DNA from: a virus
Lineage: Duplodnaviria; Caudoviricetes
Reading direction: 5' to 3' (one strand)
DNA length: 26,298 nt
IMG/VR virus record: IMGVR_UViG_3300025712_000364
Coordinates: 1-26,298 of that record
Shown: positions 1-8,748 of the stretch, one piece after another
Layout: each line of letters starts with the position of its first letter
Position numbering within the stretch: position 1 is the first letter of the stretch
Made by a program: the position numbers and the translations under genes
Notes under the pieces: model-generated
What the model was told of the DNA's origin: nothing
The model's database searches: none
The model's input: only the letters and a program-made list of their open reading frames with translations

Positions 1-1
1 C

Positions 2-196
2 TTTAAAAGTACAGCTAACAGGCTGAATACCAGCGCATTAAAAGTATGGGCTACATACTTTGATAAGCAGGTAAATAGTGTATTTGCGCATGTAAATCAC
101 GCTAATGTAAAGAAAGCAGAGTCTATTGACAGTAGGTTTGCTGATATTATTAACTATGCAAAGCTTGGCTTAGCATTATTTAAAGAAGAAAGATAA
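2..196 (+). CDS. Nucleotide-modification-associated domain 1 (Nmad1/DUF1599-like) protein, 5'-truncated
   Basis: Hand translation (not in the ORF track): FKSTANRLNTSALKVWATYFDKQVNSVFAHVNHANVKKAESIDSRFADIINYAKLGLALFKEER*. The DK...ES(I)D...D..NYA pattern is typical of this all-alpha family. Confidence 0.65.
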   Translation, partial: FKSTANRLNTSALKVWATYFDKQVNSVFAHVNHANVKKAESIDSRFADIINYAKLGLALFKEER

Positions 197-363
197 TGCC
201 AATGTGTAAAGACGTGATGGTAACCTTGTTGTCATTAATAGAAAAAGAAATGAAAGGTAGAATAGAACATTCTTACTTTGAAGAAGAATCTGATAAATGG
301 AGTAAGTTCCATGGTTATATCAGAGAAATACGTTTAACAATAAATAAAGGCGGAATAAAATGA
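196..363 (+). CDS. Hypothetical protein (55 aa)
   Basis: TAATG overlap with the upstream stop. MPMCKDVMVTLLSLIEKEMKGRIEHSYFEEESDKWSKFHGYIREIRLTINKGGIK*. Confidence 0.6.
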   Translation: MPMCKDVMVTLLSLIEKEMKGRIEHSYFEEESDKWSKFHGYIREIRLTINKGGIK

Positions 364-449
364 CAATAGAATCAATATTTATTATTATGAGTATGGCGTT
401 ATTCTTTGTGGCAATGATAACAGTACTTGACAATGCCAATAAGAAGTGA
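360..449 (+). CDS. Small membrane peptide (29 aa)
   Basis: ATGA overlap with the upstream stop. MTIESIFIIMSMALFFVAMITVLDNANKK*, a single hydrophobic helix. Confidence 0.45.
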   Translation: MTIESIFIIMSMALFFVAMITVLDNANKK

Positions 450-735
450 TGCAAGAGGTAACTTAATAAAGAAATCTCAGTACAAAAAGAAAAAATACAA
501 GTACAGATTTATATGTGGCGACGAACATATCGTTGGCACTACTGACGATCCACGTAGAACATTAGAGTCTATATGGAAAGTTTATTGGGACTGCAAAAAA
601 GATATATGTGTAGACTTTGGTACGCGAAATAAAGTAAAAGAATTATGCGTAACACAAGATGAAGAAACAATATATACTTATTGCAATGAAGAAATAACTA
701 AACACAAATTTAAACAATTATTAGATGAGCACTAG
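433..735 (+). CDS. Hypothetical protein
   Basis: ORF track 427..735; ATG at 433 preferred over TTG at 427. No recognisable motif. Confidence 0.65.
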   Translation: MPIRSDARGNLIKKSQYKKKKYKYRFICGDEHIVGTTDDPRRTLESIWKVYWDCKKDICVDFGTRNKVKELCVTQDEETIYTYCNEEITKHKFKQLLDEH

Positions 736-1222
736 AAACTTAACAATGGTAATCGATAGAGATTACGCAAGCAACCACGAACTAGGTTTTGCACAAAACC
801 CTGAGTTGCTAACAGAACATAGCTATGTTAATATGTACCTGCATCACGATGGTTATCCTGAGTGGCAAGGCGTACAACTAGCTAACTGGTTACTAGCTAA
901 CCAAACAATTACTGATGGCACTAGGCTTGCGGCTAAAATGGTACATGATATGTACTATGACAGTTGCTACCTATATGCATCACCAGAAGATATAGATCAC
1001 AACTATACATACGTGATATGGACAGGTGATAACAAAGATATATGGGTGAGCTGCTATGATCAATACGCAACAGCGAATGTATTTGTACTTACTCCTGACA
1101 AGATACTTGCAAAGTATAGTAATCAGAAGTATAGCTACACAGACTTTGCTACACAAACCAGATCACAACAAGAAAAACAGTATGTTGCAAAAGATATACT
1201 ACACCCATCAGGTTACGATTAA
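725..1222 (+). CDS. Conserved phage protein with YxHxDGYP motif
   Basis: MSTR...MYLHHDGYPEWQG..L, a motif recurrent in uncharacterised phage proteins. Confidence 0.7.
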   Translation: MSTRNLTMVIDRDYASNHELGFAQNPELLTEHSYVNMYLHHDGYPEWQGVQLANWLLANQTITDGTRLAAKMVHDMYYDSCYLYASPEDIDHNYTYVIWTGDNKDIWVSCYDQYATANVFVLTPDKILAKYSNQKYSYTDFATQTRSQQEKQYVAKDILHPSGYD

Positions 1223-1240
1223 ACAATATAAATACGATAT

Positions 1241-1447
1241 ATGAAAGATAATACTGATGAATTCGATTTAAGACTTGAAATATCCGACATGATGTGGGAA
1301 GTTGATAGACTAAGAGAGATAGAAGAATCTTATGTAGATTCAGAAGAATACGAAAAAGCAGGTCTTGTACTTGCTAAACAAAAACGATTAATACGATTAC
1401 TTAAAAACAAAGAACAAAAACTAAAACAATATGACAAAACACTTTAA
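1241..1447 (+). CDS. Small coiled-coil protein with UVR (UvrB/UvrC)-like motif
   Basis: EEYEKAGLVLAKQKRLIRLL resembles the E.YE.A...R..I..L helical hairpin. Confidence 0.55.
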   Translation: MKDNTDEFDLRLEISDMMWEVDRLREIEESYVDSEEYEKAGLVLAKQKRLIRLLKNKEQKLKQYDKTL

Positions 1448-2303
1448 ACCTATGCTCGCACACAAATTCGATAATAAGCGAGTTGACTGGTCCAAACCAG
1501 TATTTATACAACCTAAACTCGACGGCGTTCGCTGCGTGTTTACAAAAGACGGCGCGTTCTCACGTACCGGTAAAAAATTCATGAACTTACAACATTTATT
1601 TACACCAAAAATGTTCAGTATGTTCAAACAAAACCCTTGGCTTGTCCTTGACGGTGAGTTGTATAATCATGATCTAAGAGATGATTTTGAAAAAATCATA
1701 TCATTAGTCAGAAAACAAAAACCAACAGACGACGACAGGAAAGAGGCACGCAAGCTCATACAATATCATGTGTACGACTACGCGTTTTGTAATCCAAATG
1801 AAAACAAAGTAGATTTAATAGAGTCTGATATGAATAGATACGGCAAACGTCATGATCAACTAACTCGCTCTAACATGTACGGTAAACATATTCGATATGT
1901 ACCTGCAAGAGGTGTACACACACTTGATAAAGCCAAAGAAATACACAACAGTTTTCTAGAACAAGGCTATGAAGGCTCTATACTAAGACTAGACGGTGCA
2001 TACAAAAATGGCAGGTCATATGATCTTATGAAGTTTAAAGACTTCAGCGATACCGAAGCTACAATTGTAAGTTGGGTTGAAGGCAAAGGCAAAAGACGTG
2101 GCACAATCGGTAAGTTCATTGCTGTTGACAGTGATGGCATTAAATTCGGTATGCCAGTCATGGACAAGTTTGTATATCTACAGAAAAACTTTAAAGCCAT
2201 GCAAGACTGGGTTGGCAAGACTGCTACTTTCACATACTTTGAAAGAACTAAAGCAGGTAGTTACAGACATCCATTGTTCAAAGCAATACGTAACTACGAG
2301 TAA
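1431..2303 (+). CDS. ATP-dependent DNA ligase
   Basis: PMLA, motif I QPKLDGVR, motif III LDGELY, IIIa YHVYD, IV GYEGSILR, V LMKFKDF, C-terminal OB fold with RHP.F..IR. Confidence 0.95.
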   Translation: MTKHFKPMLAHKFDNKRVDWSKPVFIQPKLDGVRCVFTKDGAFSRTGKKFMNLQHLFTPKMFSMFKQNPWLVLDGELYNHDLRDDFEKIISLVRKQKPTDDDRKEARKLIQYHVYDYAFCNPNENKVDLIESDMNRYGKRHDQLTRSNMYGKHIRYVPARGVHTLDKAKEIHNSFLEQGYEGSILRLDGAYKNGRSYDLMKFKDFSDTEATIVSWVEGKGKRRGTIGKFIAVDSDGIKFGMPVMDKFVYLQKNFKAMQDWVGKTATFTYFERTKAGSYRHPLFKAIRNYE

Positions 2304-2785
2304 TGAATATATTTTACTTAGATAAAGATCCTAAGCTTGCCGCTATATATCAATACAACAAGCATGTTGTTAAAATGATACTTGAGTCGGCTCAGATGTT
2401 ATGTACAGCGCATCATTGTTATGGTAGCGCTGAACAAAAAGCTAATGTACCTTATAAACAAGCACATCTGAATCATCCATCAACAGTATGGGCTAGACAA
2501 TCTAAGTCTACTTACATGTGGTTATATGACCACATGATGGCTCTTGGTACAGAGTATTATGTTAGATATGGTAAGACACATTTAACAATTACTAAATGCA
2601 AAGATTTTTTAGCCACACCACCTAAACATATTCAAGGTGATGAGTGGTCACAACCTCCACAGGCTATGCCTGATGAGTATAAACACAAAGATAGTATTAT
2701 TGCTTATTGGCAATATTATATTAATGATAAATCTCATATTGCAGGTAAAACTGAAAATAAATATAGAGAAATACCAATTTATTAA
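2303..2785 (+). CDS. Pyrimidine-dimer DNA glycosylase / endonuclease V-like protein
   Basis: MNIFYLDKDP..AA....KHVVKMILESAQML.TAH, NHPSTVWAR, PPQAMPDEYK and AY.QYY..DK are signatures of the DenV-related phage family. Confidence 0.75.
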   Translation: MNIFYLDKDPKLAAIYQYNKHVVKMILESAQMLCTAHHCYGSAEQKANVPYKQAHLNHPSTVWARQSKSTYMWLYDHMMALGTEYYVRYGKTHLTITKCKDFLATPPKHIQGDEWSQPPQAMPDEYKHKDSIIAYWQYYINDKSHIAGKTENKYREIPIY

Positions 2786-2800
2786 CTAAATAATTATTAT

Positions 2801-3205
2801 ATGTTAAAGTTATTAATTATATTTACAAGCCTATTGTCATGTGACAGTAGCAACTTAAATAATGAAAAGCAGAGACTTTATGTAACTGCTACAATATATC
2901 ATGCTGTTGAAGCACAAACCGATAGTACACCAGATATTACAGCGTCAGGCTATAAAATTAATATAGATGACCCATTATCCGATAGGATAATAGCTGTAAG
3001 TTGGGATCTTGAGAACGAATACAAATTTAAGATGGGTGATAAAGTCCATGTTGAAGGCGCAGGACTTCTTGATGGTATATGGTTTGTAAGAGATCGTATG
3101 AATCCAAGGTTTAGAAAACGTATAGATTTTCTTGTACCACAAAGTATGAAAGGTGGTAAATGGGAAAAAGTTATCTTAACCCACGAAAAATCATTTTTTA
3201 AATGA
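2801..3205 (+). CDS. 3D-domain (MltA/RlpA-like double-psi beta-barrel) lipoprotein, putative lytic transglycosylase
   Basis: Signal peptide with lipobox LLSC. VTATIY...QTDSTP.ITASG, IIAVS.DL, V.D.M and RIDFL give the three conserved Asp. Confidence 0.8.
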   Translation: MLKLLIIFTSLLSCDSSNLNNEKQRLYVTATIYHAVEAQTDSTPDITASGYKINIDDPLSDRIIAVSWDLENEYKFKMGDKVHVEGAGLLDGIWFVRDRMNPRFRKRIDFLVPQSMKGGKWEKVILTHEKSFFK

Positions 3206-3209
3206 TTTA

Positions 3210-3261
3210 ATATAGGGTGACAAAAGCCCTATATAGTATAATAATAACAGGCTAATGTCAC
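3210..3261. promoter_or_regulatory. Nested inverted repeats around an AT-rich core overlapping the start codon of the HTH gene (operator/origin/RNA switch candidate)
   Basis: GTGACAaaAGCC (3217-3228) pairs with GGCTaaTGTCAC (3250-3261). An alternative stem pairs ATATAGGG (3210-3217) with CCCTATAT (3227-3234). Palindrome CTATATAG at 3229-3236 and TATAAT at 3237-3242. Confidence 0.5.
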
Positions 3262-3875
3262 ACAGAAATTTAGAGTATTTACATCGTAAAAGAATAATAT
3301 ACAGAGGTTATCCTGATAACGACGAACCTACGCAGTCATATTGGTGGGGTAGTTATTATCAACAAGGTACTTATGAATGTTATGAGTTGTTTAGAAGTAC
3401 AGCCAAGATTACTACGTTTAGATCTTTAAAGTGGCATTTGTCCGTGTTATGGTGGTTAAATCCTAACATTGATAGAAAAAAGTTTGAAAATTTATCACAA
3501 TTTATCTGTGATAAGTCAAATGGATTTATTACCTTTACAATACCAAGTAAAACCCTTGATATTTTAATTAACAGTTTTGCTAAAACTAAGAAGCCTCCTA
3601 AGAATAAATTGAGGAAGATTATATTTAAGCCAAACCTAATAATTGATGTATCTAAAAAACTAAAAATAGTTGGGTCGTTAATTGGGCGGGGGAGAATATC
3701 AACAAATGATATTTATGAGTGGATGTTGAACATTAACAGCTTGGAACAAAAGATAACTATAGCTAAGCTAGCTAATTGTTTGAAATGTTCTTCAAGAACT
3801 ATTCATAGACATATGACTGATGAATTAAAAAATGAAAAAGAACAATTAAACAATATGTTAGATGAGAAAGTATAA
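3255..3875 (+). CDS. DNA-binding protein with C-terminal helix-turn-helix
   Basis: C-terminal ITIAKLANCLKCSSRTIHRHM is a classic HTH. The N-terminal region is not recognised. Confidence 0.7.
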   Translation: MSHRNLEYLHRKRIIYRGYPDNDEPTQSYWWGSYYQQGTYECYELFRSTAKITTFRSLKWHLSVLWWLNPNIDRKKFENLSQFICDKSNGFITFTIPSKTLDILINSFAKTKKPPKNKLRKIIFKPNLIIDVSKKLKIVGSLIGRGRISTNDIYEWMLNINSLEQKITIAKLANCLKCSSRTIHRHMTDELKNEKEQLNNMLDEKV

Positions 3876-4623
3876 CGTTGAGAACTATATCAGGTATAAA
3901 ACCGATGTAGGAAACGTCTTAACAAAAGACTTATATGAAAGTGAGGACTTCAAGAGTATGACTCGTGATGATCTCATACACAAGTTTCTACCTTTAGTAG
4001 AAAATATAGCTAAAAAGTTTTCAACAGCGCAACCTGCATCAGGTGTATTAGATATATTAGATCTTATACAGTTTGGTAATATAGGTTTAATAAACGCTGT
4101 CGATAAGATTGTACATGAAAAACTAGATGAATCAAAGGATAAGAATAATACATTGAAATCATTTTTATCTAAACGTATCAAAGGAAACATAAGACGTTCT
4201 ATTGATATAAATAAAGGTGGTTTACGTATACCAGAGCATAAGCTCGCAGAAATGAGGAATCAAACTGCTGATCAAAATGCTGTAAGTAAATTCTTTGACT
4301 CATTGTTTTTAAGTATCGAAGAGATATCTGAGAATAACAACCAGGTCTTTGAAATACCGGATAAACAACCCGAGTACAATGAGGAAATGTTTAGTATTTA
4401 TTTAAAATCTTTATTACAAAGGTATTTAAATAGAAAAGAGTACGAAGTACTAAGATTAAGCTATGGCCTAGACTGTCCAAAACACAGCGCTAAAGAAATA
4501 GCATATAAATTACAGATTAAAGGCCAGAGTGCTTATGTAAGAGTTTCACAGCTTAAAAAACAAGCTGTTGAAAGATTAAAACAGAATGTAAAACATTCAG
4601 AAATTTTAGATTATATACCATGA
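3862..4623 (+). CDS. Sigma70-family RNA polymerase sigma factor (phage-encoded)
   Basis: Region 2: LPLVENIAKKF...DLIQFGNIGLINAVDK...RIKGNIRRSI...LRIP. Region 4: L...EYEVLRLSYGL...SAKEIA...VRVSQLKKQAVERLK. Confidence 0.9.
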   Translation: MRKYNVENYIRYKTDVGNVLTKDLYESEDFKSMTRDDLIHKFLPLVENIAKKFSTAQPASGVLDILDLIQFGNIGLINAVDKIVHEKLDESKDKNNTLKSFLSKRIKGNIRRSIDINKGGLRIPEHKLAEMRNQTADQNAVSKFFDSLFLSIEEISENNNQVFEIPDKQPEYNEEMFSIYLKSLLQRYLNRKEYEVLRLSYGLDCPKHSAKEIAYKLQIKGQSAYVRVSQLKKQAVERLKQNVKHSEILDYIP

Positions 4624-5156
4624 ATTTAAACCAAAAATTAAAAGACATACAGGTACATTTTAAAGCTAAGAAAACTAGGTTTAATAGCTTCGGTAAGTAT
4701 TATTTCAGGTCTGCTGAAGATATACTTGAAGCTGTAAAGCCTCATTTAACTAAGCACAATGTAACTGTTATAGTTAATGAAGATCTTGTTATAGGCGAAT
4801 TTGGTCCTATAATAAAGACTACTGCTACAATTACTGACGGCACTGATTCAATAAGTGCTGCCGCGGTTGTTGGTGTAGACCTTGCTCAAAAAGGTATGCA
4901 AGTGCCGCAGCAATTTGGCAGTGCAAGCTCGTATGGTAAAAAGTACGCGCTTGGTAATTTATTCTTAATCGATGATACGCAGGATAGTGATGCGACTAAC
5001 AGTCACGGCAAAACGTCTAATAAAGCTTTTTTGAAAGCTGGAACAGACTCGTTTACTAAAGCTGTTGACTATGTTAAGGCAGGTGGGAAAGTTGACGCGA
5101 TTAAGAAGAAGTACTCTATGTCAAGTGAGATAGAGTCACAACTTAAATCTATTTAA
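4620..5156 (+). CDS. ERF-family single-strand annealing protein
   Basis: N.FGKY.FRSAEDILEAVKP and Q..GSASSYGKKYALGNLFLIDD..DSD. Confidence 0.9.
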   Translation: MNLNQKLKDIQVHFKAKKTRFNSFGKYYFRSAEDILEAVKPHLTKHNVTVIVNEDLVIGEFGPIIKTTATITDGTDSISAAAVVGVDLAQKGMQVPQQFGSASSYGKKYALGNLFLIDDTQDSDATNSHGKTSNKAFLKAGTDSFTKAVDYVKAGGKVDAIKKKYSMSSEIESQLKSI

Positions 5157-5157
5157 G

Positions 5158-5898
5158 ATGAATAAACAGGCGATTGAAAAGCTTCGTAACGACGAGCTTT
5201 ACTACGGAGATTATGGAAAGAAGTTCCTAAGTAACAGTGACATCGGTACGTTGTTTAACAATCCTCTAGCACTTGGACAACCAAGTACTGAAACTTCTGC
5301 TTTTTTAGTAGGTAAGTATTTTCATACTGCAATACTTGAGCCAGACAAATTGAAAAGCTTTAAGATTATAAAGTCATCGACTCGTAATACTAAAGTTTAT
5401 AAAGAGATGTCAGGCGGAGAGCTATGCCTACTAGAAAAAGAAGTTGATATGATCGAGGCTATGACGGCAAAGATTATGGACAATGAAGTATGTAGAAACT
5501 TAATACTAGGTTCAGATGGTAGCAATAACGTGGAGTATGAAGAACCAGGTATTGTCGAATTATATGGCAATAAATGGAAGGGTAAGGCTGATATTGTTAA
5601 CCATGATGAAAAAGTTGTAGTTGATTTGAAAACAACGGCTGATATAAATAAATTTACGTCTAGTGCATATCGTTATAATTACGATTCACAAGCGTTTATA
5701 TATCAAAAGCTATTTGGATATGACTTCGTTTTCATAGTAATCGATAAGAGCACAAAGCAAATAGGAATATTTGACTGCTCAGATGAATTCTTACAGCGTG
5801 GGGATTTGAAGGTAGAGAGGGCTAGCGGAATTTATGATTTATTTTTTAAGACTAAGGATTTCGATCCTAAGCAATATTTTATAACCAAAACACTTTAA
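5158..5898 (+). CDS. PD-(D/E)XK exonuclease (RecE/DUF3799-like)
   Basis: YY...LSNS, G..FHTAILEP, KGKADIV, VVDLKTT and Y.YD.QA.IY. Adjacent to ERF. Confidence 0.85.
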   Translation: MNKQAIEKLRNDELYYGDYGKKFLSNSDIGTLFNNPLALGQPSTETSAFLVGKYFHTAILEPDKLKSFKIIKSSTRNTKVYKEMSGGELCLLEKEVDMIEAMTAKIMDNEVCRNLILGSDGSNNVEYEEPGIVELYGNKWKGKADIVNHDEKVVVDLKTTADINKFTSSAYRYNYDSQAFIYQKLFGYDFVFIVIDKSTKQIGIFDCSDEFLQRGDLKVERASGIYDLFFKTKDFDPKQYFITKTL

Positions 5899-5907
5899 TT
5901 TAATATT

Positions 5908-6075
5908 ATGGCAAGAACCAGAAAAAGAACATGCGACGTAACAGGCATGACAACAAGCGTAAATAATTTTTACACAAACCAAAGCCACGTGAAAGCCGTG
6001 GACAATTTAAGAAGACTAACTGGTGCAAGTAAAGACCAGATGTCTAGAATGTTTAACCAAATATCAACCTACTAA
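5908..6075 (+). CDS. Hypothetical protein (55 aa)
   Basis: Hand translation MARTRKRTCDVTGMTTSVNNFYTNQSHVKAVDNLRRLTGASKDQMSRMFNQISTY*. Fills the gap and ends just before the SSB ATG at 6077. Confidence 0.65.
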   Translation: MARTRKRTCDVTGMTTSVNNFYTNQSHVKAVDNLRRLTGASKDQMSRMFNQISTY

Positions 6076-6076
6076 T

Positions 6077-6388
6077 ATGGCTGGTATTATAAAAACAAGT
6101 ATCAACCTTACACTTATTCCTAAGGATAAGATTATCACGGGTAAAAAAGGTAAATATTTACCCATATCTATCAGTGTTAATGATGAACCTGATCAGTTTG
6201 GTAACAACGGTCCTGTGATCGTTGATCAGACTAAGGAAGAAAGAGAGGCCAAAGCTCCTAAGGTTTACCTAGGTAATTCAAAGGTAGTTTGGACAAACGG
6301 TACTTTTCCTGAGCCGGTTAAAGCACAAGGTGCTTCACAACCTGCTCCACAAGCAGTTGCAGATAAACATGATGATATACCATTTTAA
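6077..6388 (+). CDS. Single-stranded DNA-binding protein (phage type)
   Basis: Start reassigned to ATG 6077 (MAGIIKTSINL). GKKGKYL, DQFGN and YLGN core, a flexible Pro/Ala/Gln linker and an acidic DDIPF tail. Confidence 0.75.
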   Translation: MAGIIKTSINLTLIPKDKIITGKKGKYLPISISVNDEPDQFGNNGPVIVDQTKEEREAKAPKVYLGNSKVVWTNGTFPEPVKAQGASQPAPQAVADKHDDIPF

Positions 6389-6391
6389 TAT

Positions 6392-8107
6392 ATGAAAGTA
6401 AACGAGACAGAGATTAACGGATTTACGATTGATAACTTCAATCAACACAAGCTGGATGTGGGTAAACCACAAGGCACGTGTCCTTTATGTTCTCATGATC
6501 GCAAACCCAAGAATAGAAAGCTTAAATGTGCTAGCTATGATTGGGAGCGAGGTCTCGGTACTTGTCACAACTGCAACGAAACATTTCAACTACACACATA
6601 TGAGAGAAAAGGAGGTGCTGCCAAGGAATATGTAAAACCGGAGTTTAACGATACTACTAATAAACCTCCGGGTAGTAAAATGTTGAGGTGGTTTGAATCA
6701 AGAGGAATATCTCAGGATACATTAGATACGTTTGACGTATCTGAGGGTCCTGAGTATATGCCTCAAACTAATCAGATCGAAAACGCTATTAAGTTTAATT
6801 ACCGCATGGGCGGTGAGCTCGTTAATGTTAAATACCGTGATGGTAGAAAAAACTTTAAATTATATAAAGGAGCAGAAAAGATATTTTATAACGTAGATAG
6901 TGTTGTTGGATATGATTGGTGTGTTATAACTGAGGGTGAGATAGATGCATTATCTTTACATGAAGCTGGCGTCAAGTCAGTTGTGTCAGTTCCTAACGGA
7001 GCTACATTAAACAGTAACAACTTAGATTATCTTGATAATTGTATAGATTATTTTGAAGATAAAACTAAAATTGTTTTAGCTATAGACAATGACGAAGCAG
7101 GTCAGGCGTTACAACAAGAGCTTATACGTAGGCTCGGCGCTGAAATCTGTCACGTTATAGATCTAAAAGACTGTAAAGATGCTAATGAATATCTCGTTAA
7201 ATATGGTAAGGAAGATCTTGCAAATATAATAGCGATCGCACAACCTGTGCCACTTGAAGGTGTTTCAACTTTGAAAGACTTTGAAGAGGAACTAAAAGAC
7301 TTTGTCAAACATGGTTTTAAACCTGGATATCAAATAGGTTTAGATAACTTTGATAAAGTATTTAGTACATATACAGGTCAATTTATAACTGTAACAGGTA
7401 TACCGTCGTCAGGTAAGTCTGACTTTGTAGACCAAATGGTTGTTGGATATAACCAAAAGTACAGCTGGAAAACAGCATACGCTTCCCCGGAAAACCAACC
7501 AACCTTTTTACACGCACATAAATTAATGCGTAAGTTTTGGCAGGATCTGCCATTACCCTCTGATATTGATAATAAGACTTGGAAACATGTGTCATCACAT
7601 GTAGACGATAACTTCTTTTTTATTGATATGGACAAGTATGACCTCAAGTCAGTACTTAAAAAAGGTGCTGAGCTTGTTAAACGTAAAGGTATTAAATGCT
7701 TAGTCATTGATCCTTTTAATAAAGTTAGAAATACTGATTGTAAATCTGATGATGTTAATAAATATACATTAGATTATCTAACTGAAATAGAAGTCTTTGC
7801 TAAGAAATATGATGTATTAGTTATTATAGTAGCACACCCTACTAAGATGTATAGAACACAAGATGGTAAAATTGAAGAGCCAACTATGTATAACATCAAA
7901 GGTGGTGGTGAGTGGTATGATGCAAGTTATCACGGCTTGTTAGTACACAGAGACTATGAGGCTAAGAACACAAAAGTAAAAGTATTAAAAGTTAAATTCC
8001 AAAACTTAGGTGAAAACGGTGCTGAAGCATTTTTTAAATGGGAGCCAAAGTCAGGTTGTTATATACCTGATGAGAAACCAGTTGAGGAAGAATTACCATG
8101 GAGCTAA
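6392..8107 (+). CDS. Bifunctional DNA primase-helicase (T7 gp4/Twinkle-like)
   Basis: Zn ribbon CPLC...CHNC, TOPRIM TEGEIDALS / SVPNGA / DNDEAG / KDANE, Walker A TGIPSSGKS, Walker B LVIDP, VAHP.K. Confidence 0.95.
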   Translation: MKVNETEINGFTIDNFNQHKLDVGKPQGTCPLCSHDRKPKNRKLKCASYDWERGLGTCHNCNETFQLHTYERKGGAAKEYVKPEFNDTTNKPPGSKMLRWFESRGISQDTLDTFDVSEGPEYMPQTNQIENAIKFNYRMGGELVNVKYRDGRKNFKLYKGAEKIFYNVDSVVGYDWCVITEGEIDALSLHEAGVKSVVSVPNGATLNSNNLDYLDNCIDYFEDKTKIVLAIDNDEAGQALQQELIRRLGAEICHVIDLKDCKDANEYLVKYGKEDLANIIAIAQPVPLEGVSTLKDFEEELKDFVKHGFKPGYQIGLDNFDKVFSTYTGQFITVTGIPSSGKSDFVDQMVVGYNQKYSWKTAYASPENQPTFLHAHKLMRKFWQDLPLPSDIDNKTWKHVSSHVDDNFFFIDMDKYDLKSVLKKGAELVKRKGIKCLVIDPFNKVRNTDCKSDDVNKYTLDYLTEIEVFAKKYDVLVIIVAHPTKMYRTQDGKIEEPTMYNIKGGGEWYDASYHGLLVHRDYEAKNTKVKVLKVKFQNLGENGAEAFFKWEPKSGCYIPDEKPVEEELPWS

Positions 8108-8748
8108 TGAAAAGATTTTATAACGCAAATCACGCATTTAATTATTATCACGATTTGATAATTAGAAAGGGTATAGATTTTGATAATACAAAAGCTATAT
8201 TTAACTGTGGGTTTTATATAGAAAACCCATTAGATAACCACATAGTAAATGAAGAACGTGGTTGGAAATATGAATATGCAGATGCCGAATGGCAATGGTA
8301 TTTATCAGGCGATCAGAACATAGATAAACTAGGTGAGATCTACGGTAAAGTACCTCCTATATGGGAGCGTATGGCGGATGATAATGGTAACGTAAATAGT
8401 AATTATGGTTATCAGTGGAAACGTAATGGACAATTAAATTATATTGTTAATAAATTGCGAGATAAACCTGATACACGCCACGCTGCTATATCAATTTACG
8501 ACGGCAAAGAAGCTAGTAGTAAATATATGTATGATACACCGTGTACTTATGCGGTTCAGTTTACAATAATAAATGATAAACTATGTATGTCTGTGTACAT
8601 GCGATCTAATGATCTCTGGTACGGCTTTTGTAACGATCAATACTGTTTCAGTATGTTGCAAAAGAAAGTCTCAGAGGATGTAAATAAGGAGGTCGGATGG
8701 TATTATCATCATGCACATAACATGCATTTATATAATGACAAATTATGA
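8107..8748 (+). CDS. Thymidylate-synthase-family enzyme, dCMP hydroxymethylase-like (T4 gp42 type)
   Basis: E.QWYLS, IW..MA..NG.VNSNYG, PDTR, catalytic PCT and MRSNDLWYGFCND, with Asp at the position of ThyA Asn177, plus H.HNMHLY. Start is 8107 (TAATG coupling) or 8098. Confidence 0.85.
   Translation: MKRFYNANHAFNYYHDLIIRKGIDFDNTKAIFNCGFYIENPLDNHIVNEERGWKYEYADAEWQWYLSGDQNIDKLGEIYGKVPPIWERMADDNGNVNSNYGYQWKRNGQLNYIVNKLRDKPDTRHAAISIYDGKEASSKYMYDTPCTYAVQFTIINDKLCMSVYMRSNDLWYGFCNDQYCFSMLQKKVSEDVNKEVGWYYHHAHNMHLYNDKL

Noticed and set aside
6023-6076. Track start of the SSB ORF at 6023 (similarly 10435 for nrdB, 13822 for the rSAM and 19454 for PAP2)
   Set aside because: The extensions overlap upstream genes. 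Downstream ATGs at 6077, 10462, 13924 and 19442 sit right at the upstream stops and give family-typical N-termini.
8098-8748. Annotation as canonical thymidylate synthase thyA
   Set aside because: It has Asp rather than Asn at the specificity position and PCT rather than PCH, matching dCMP hydroxymethylase-type enzymes.
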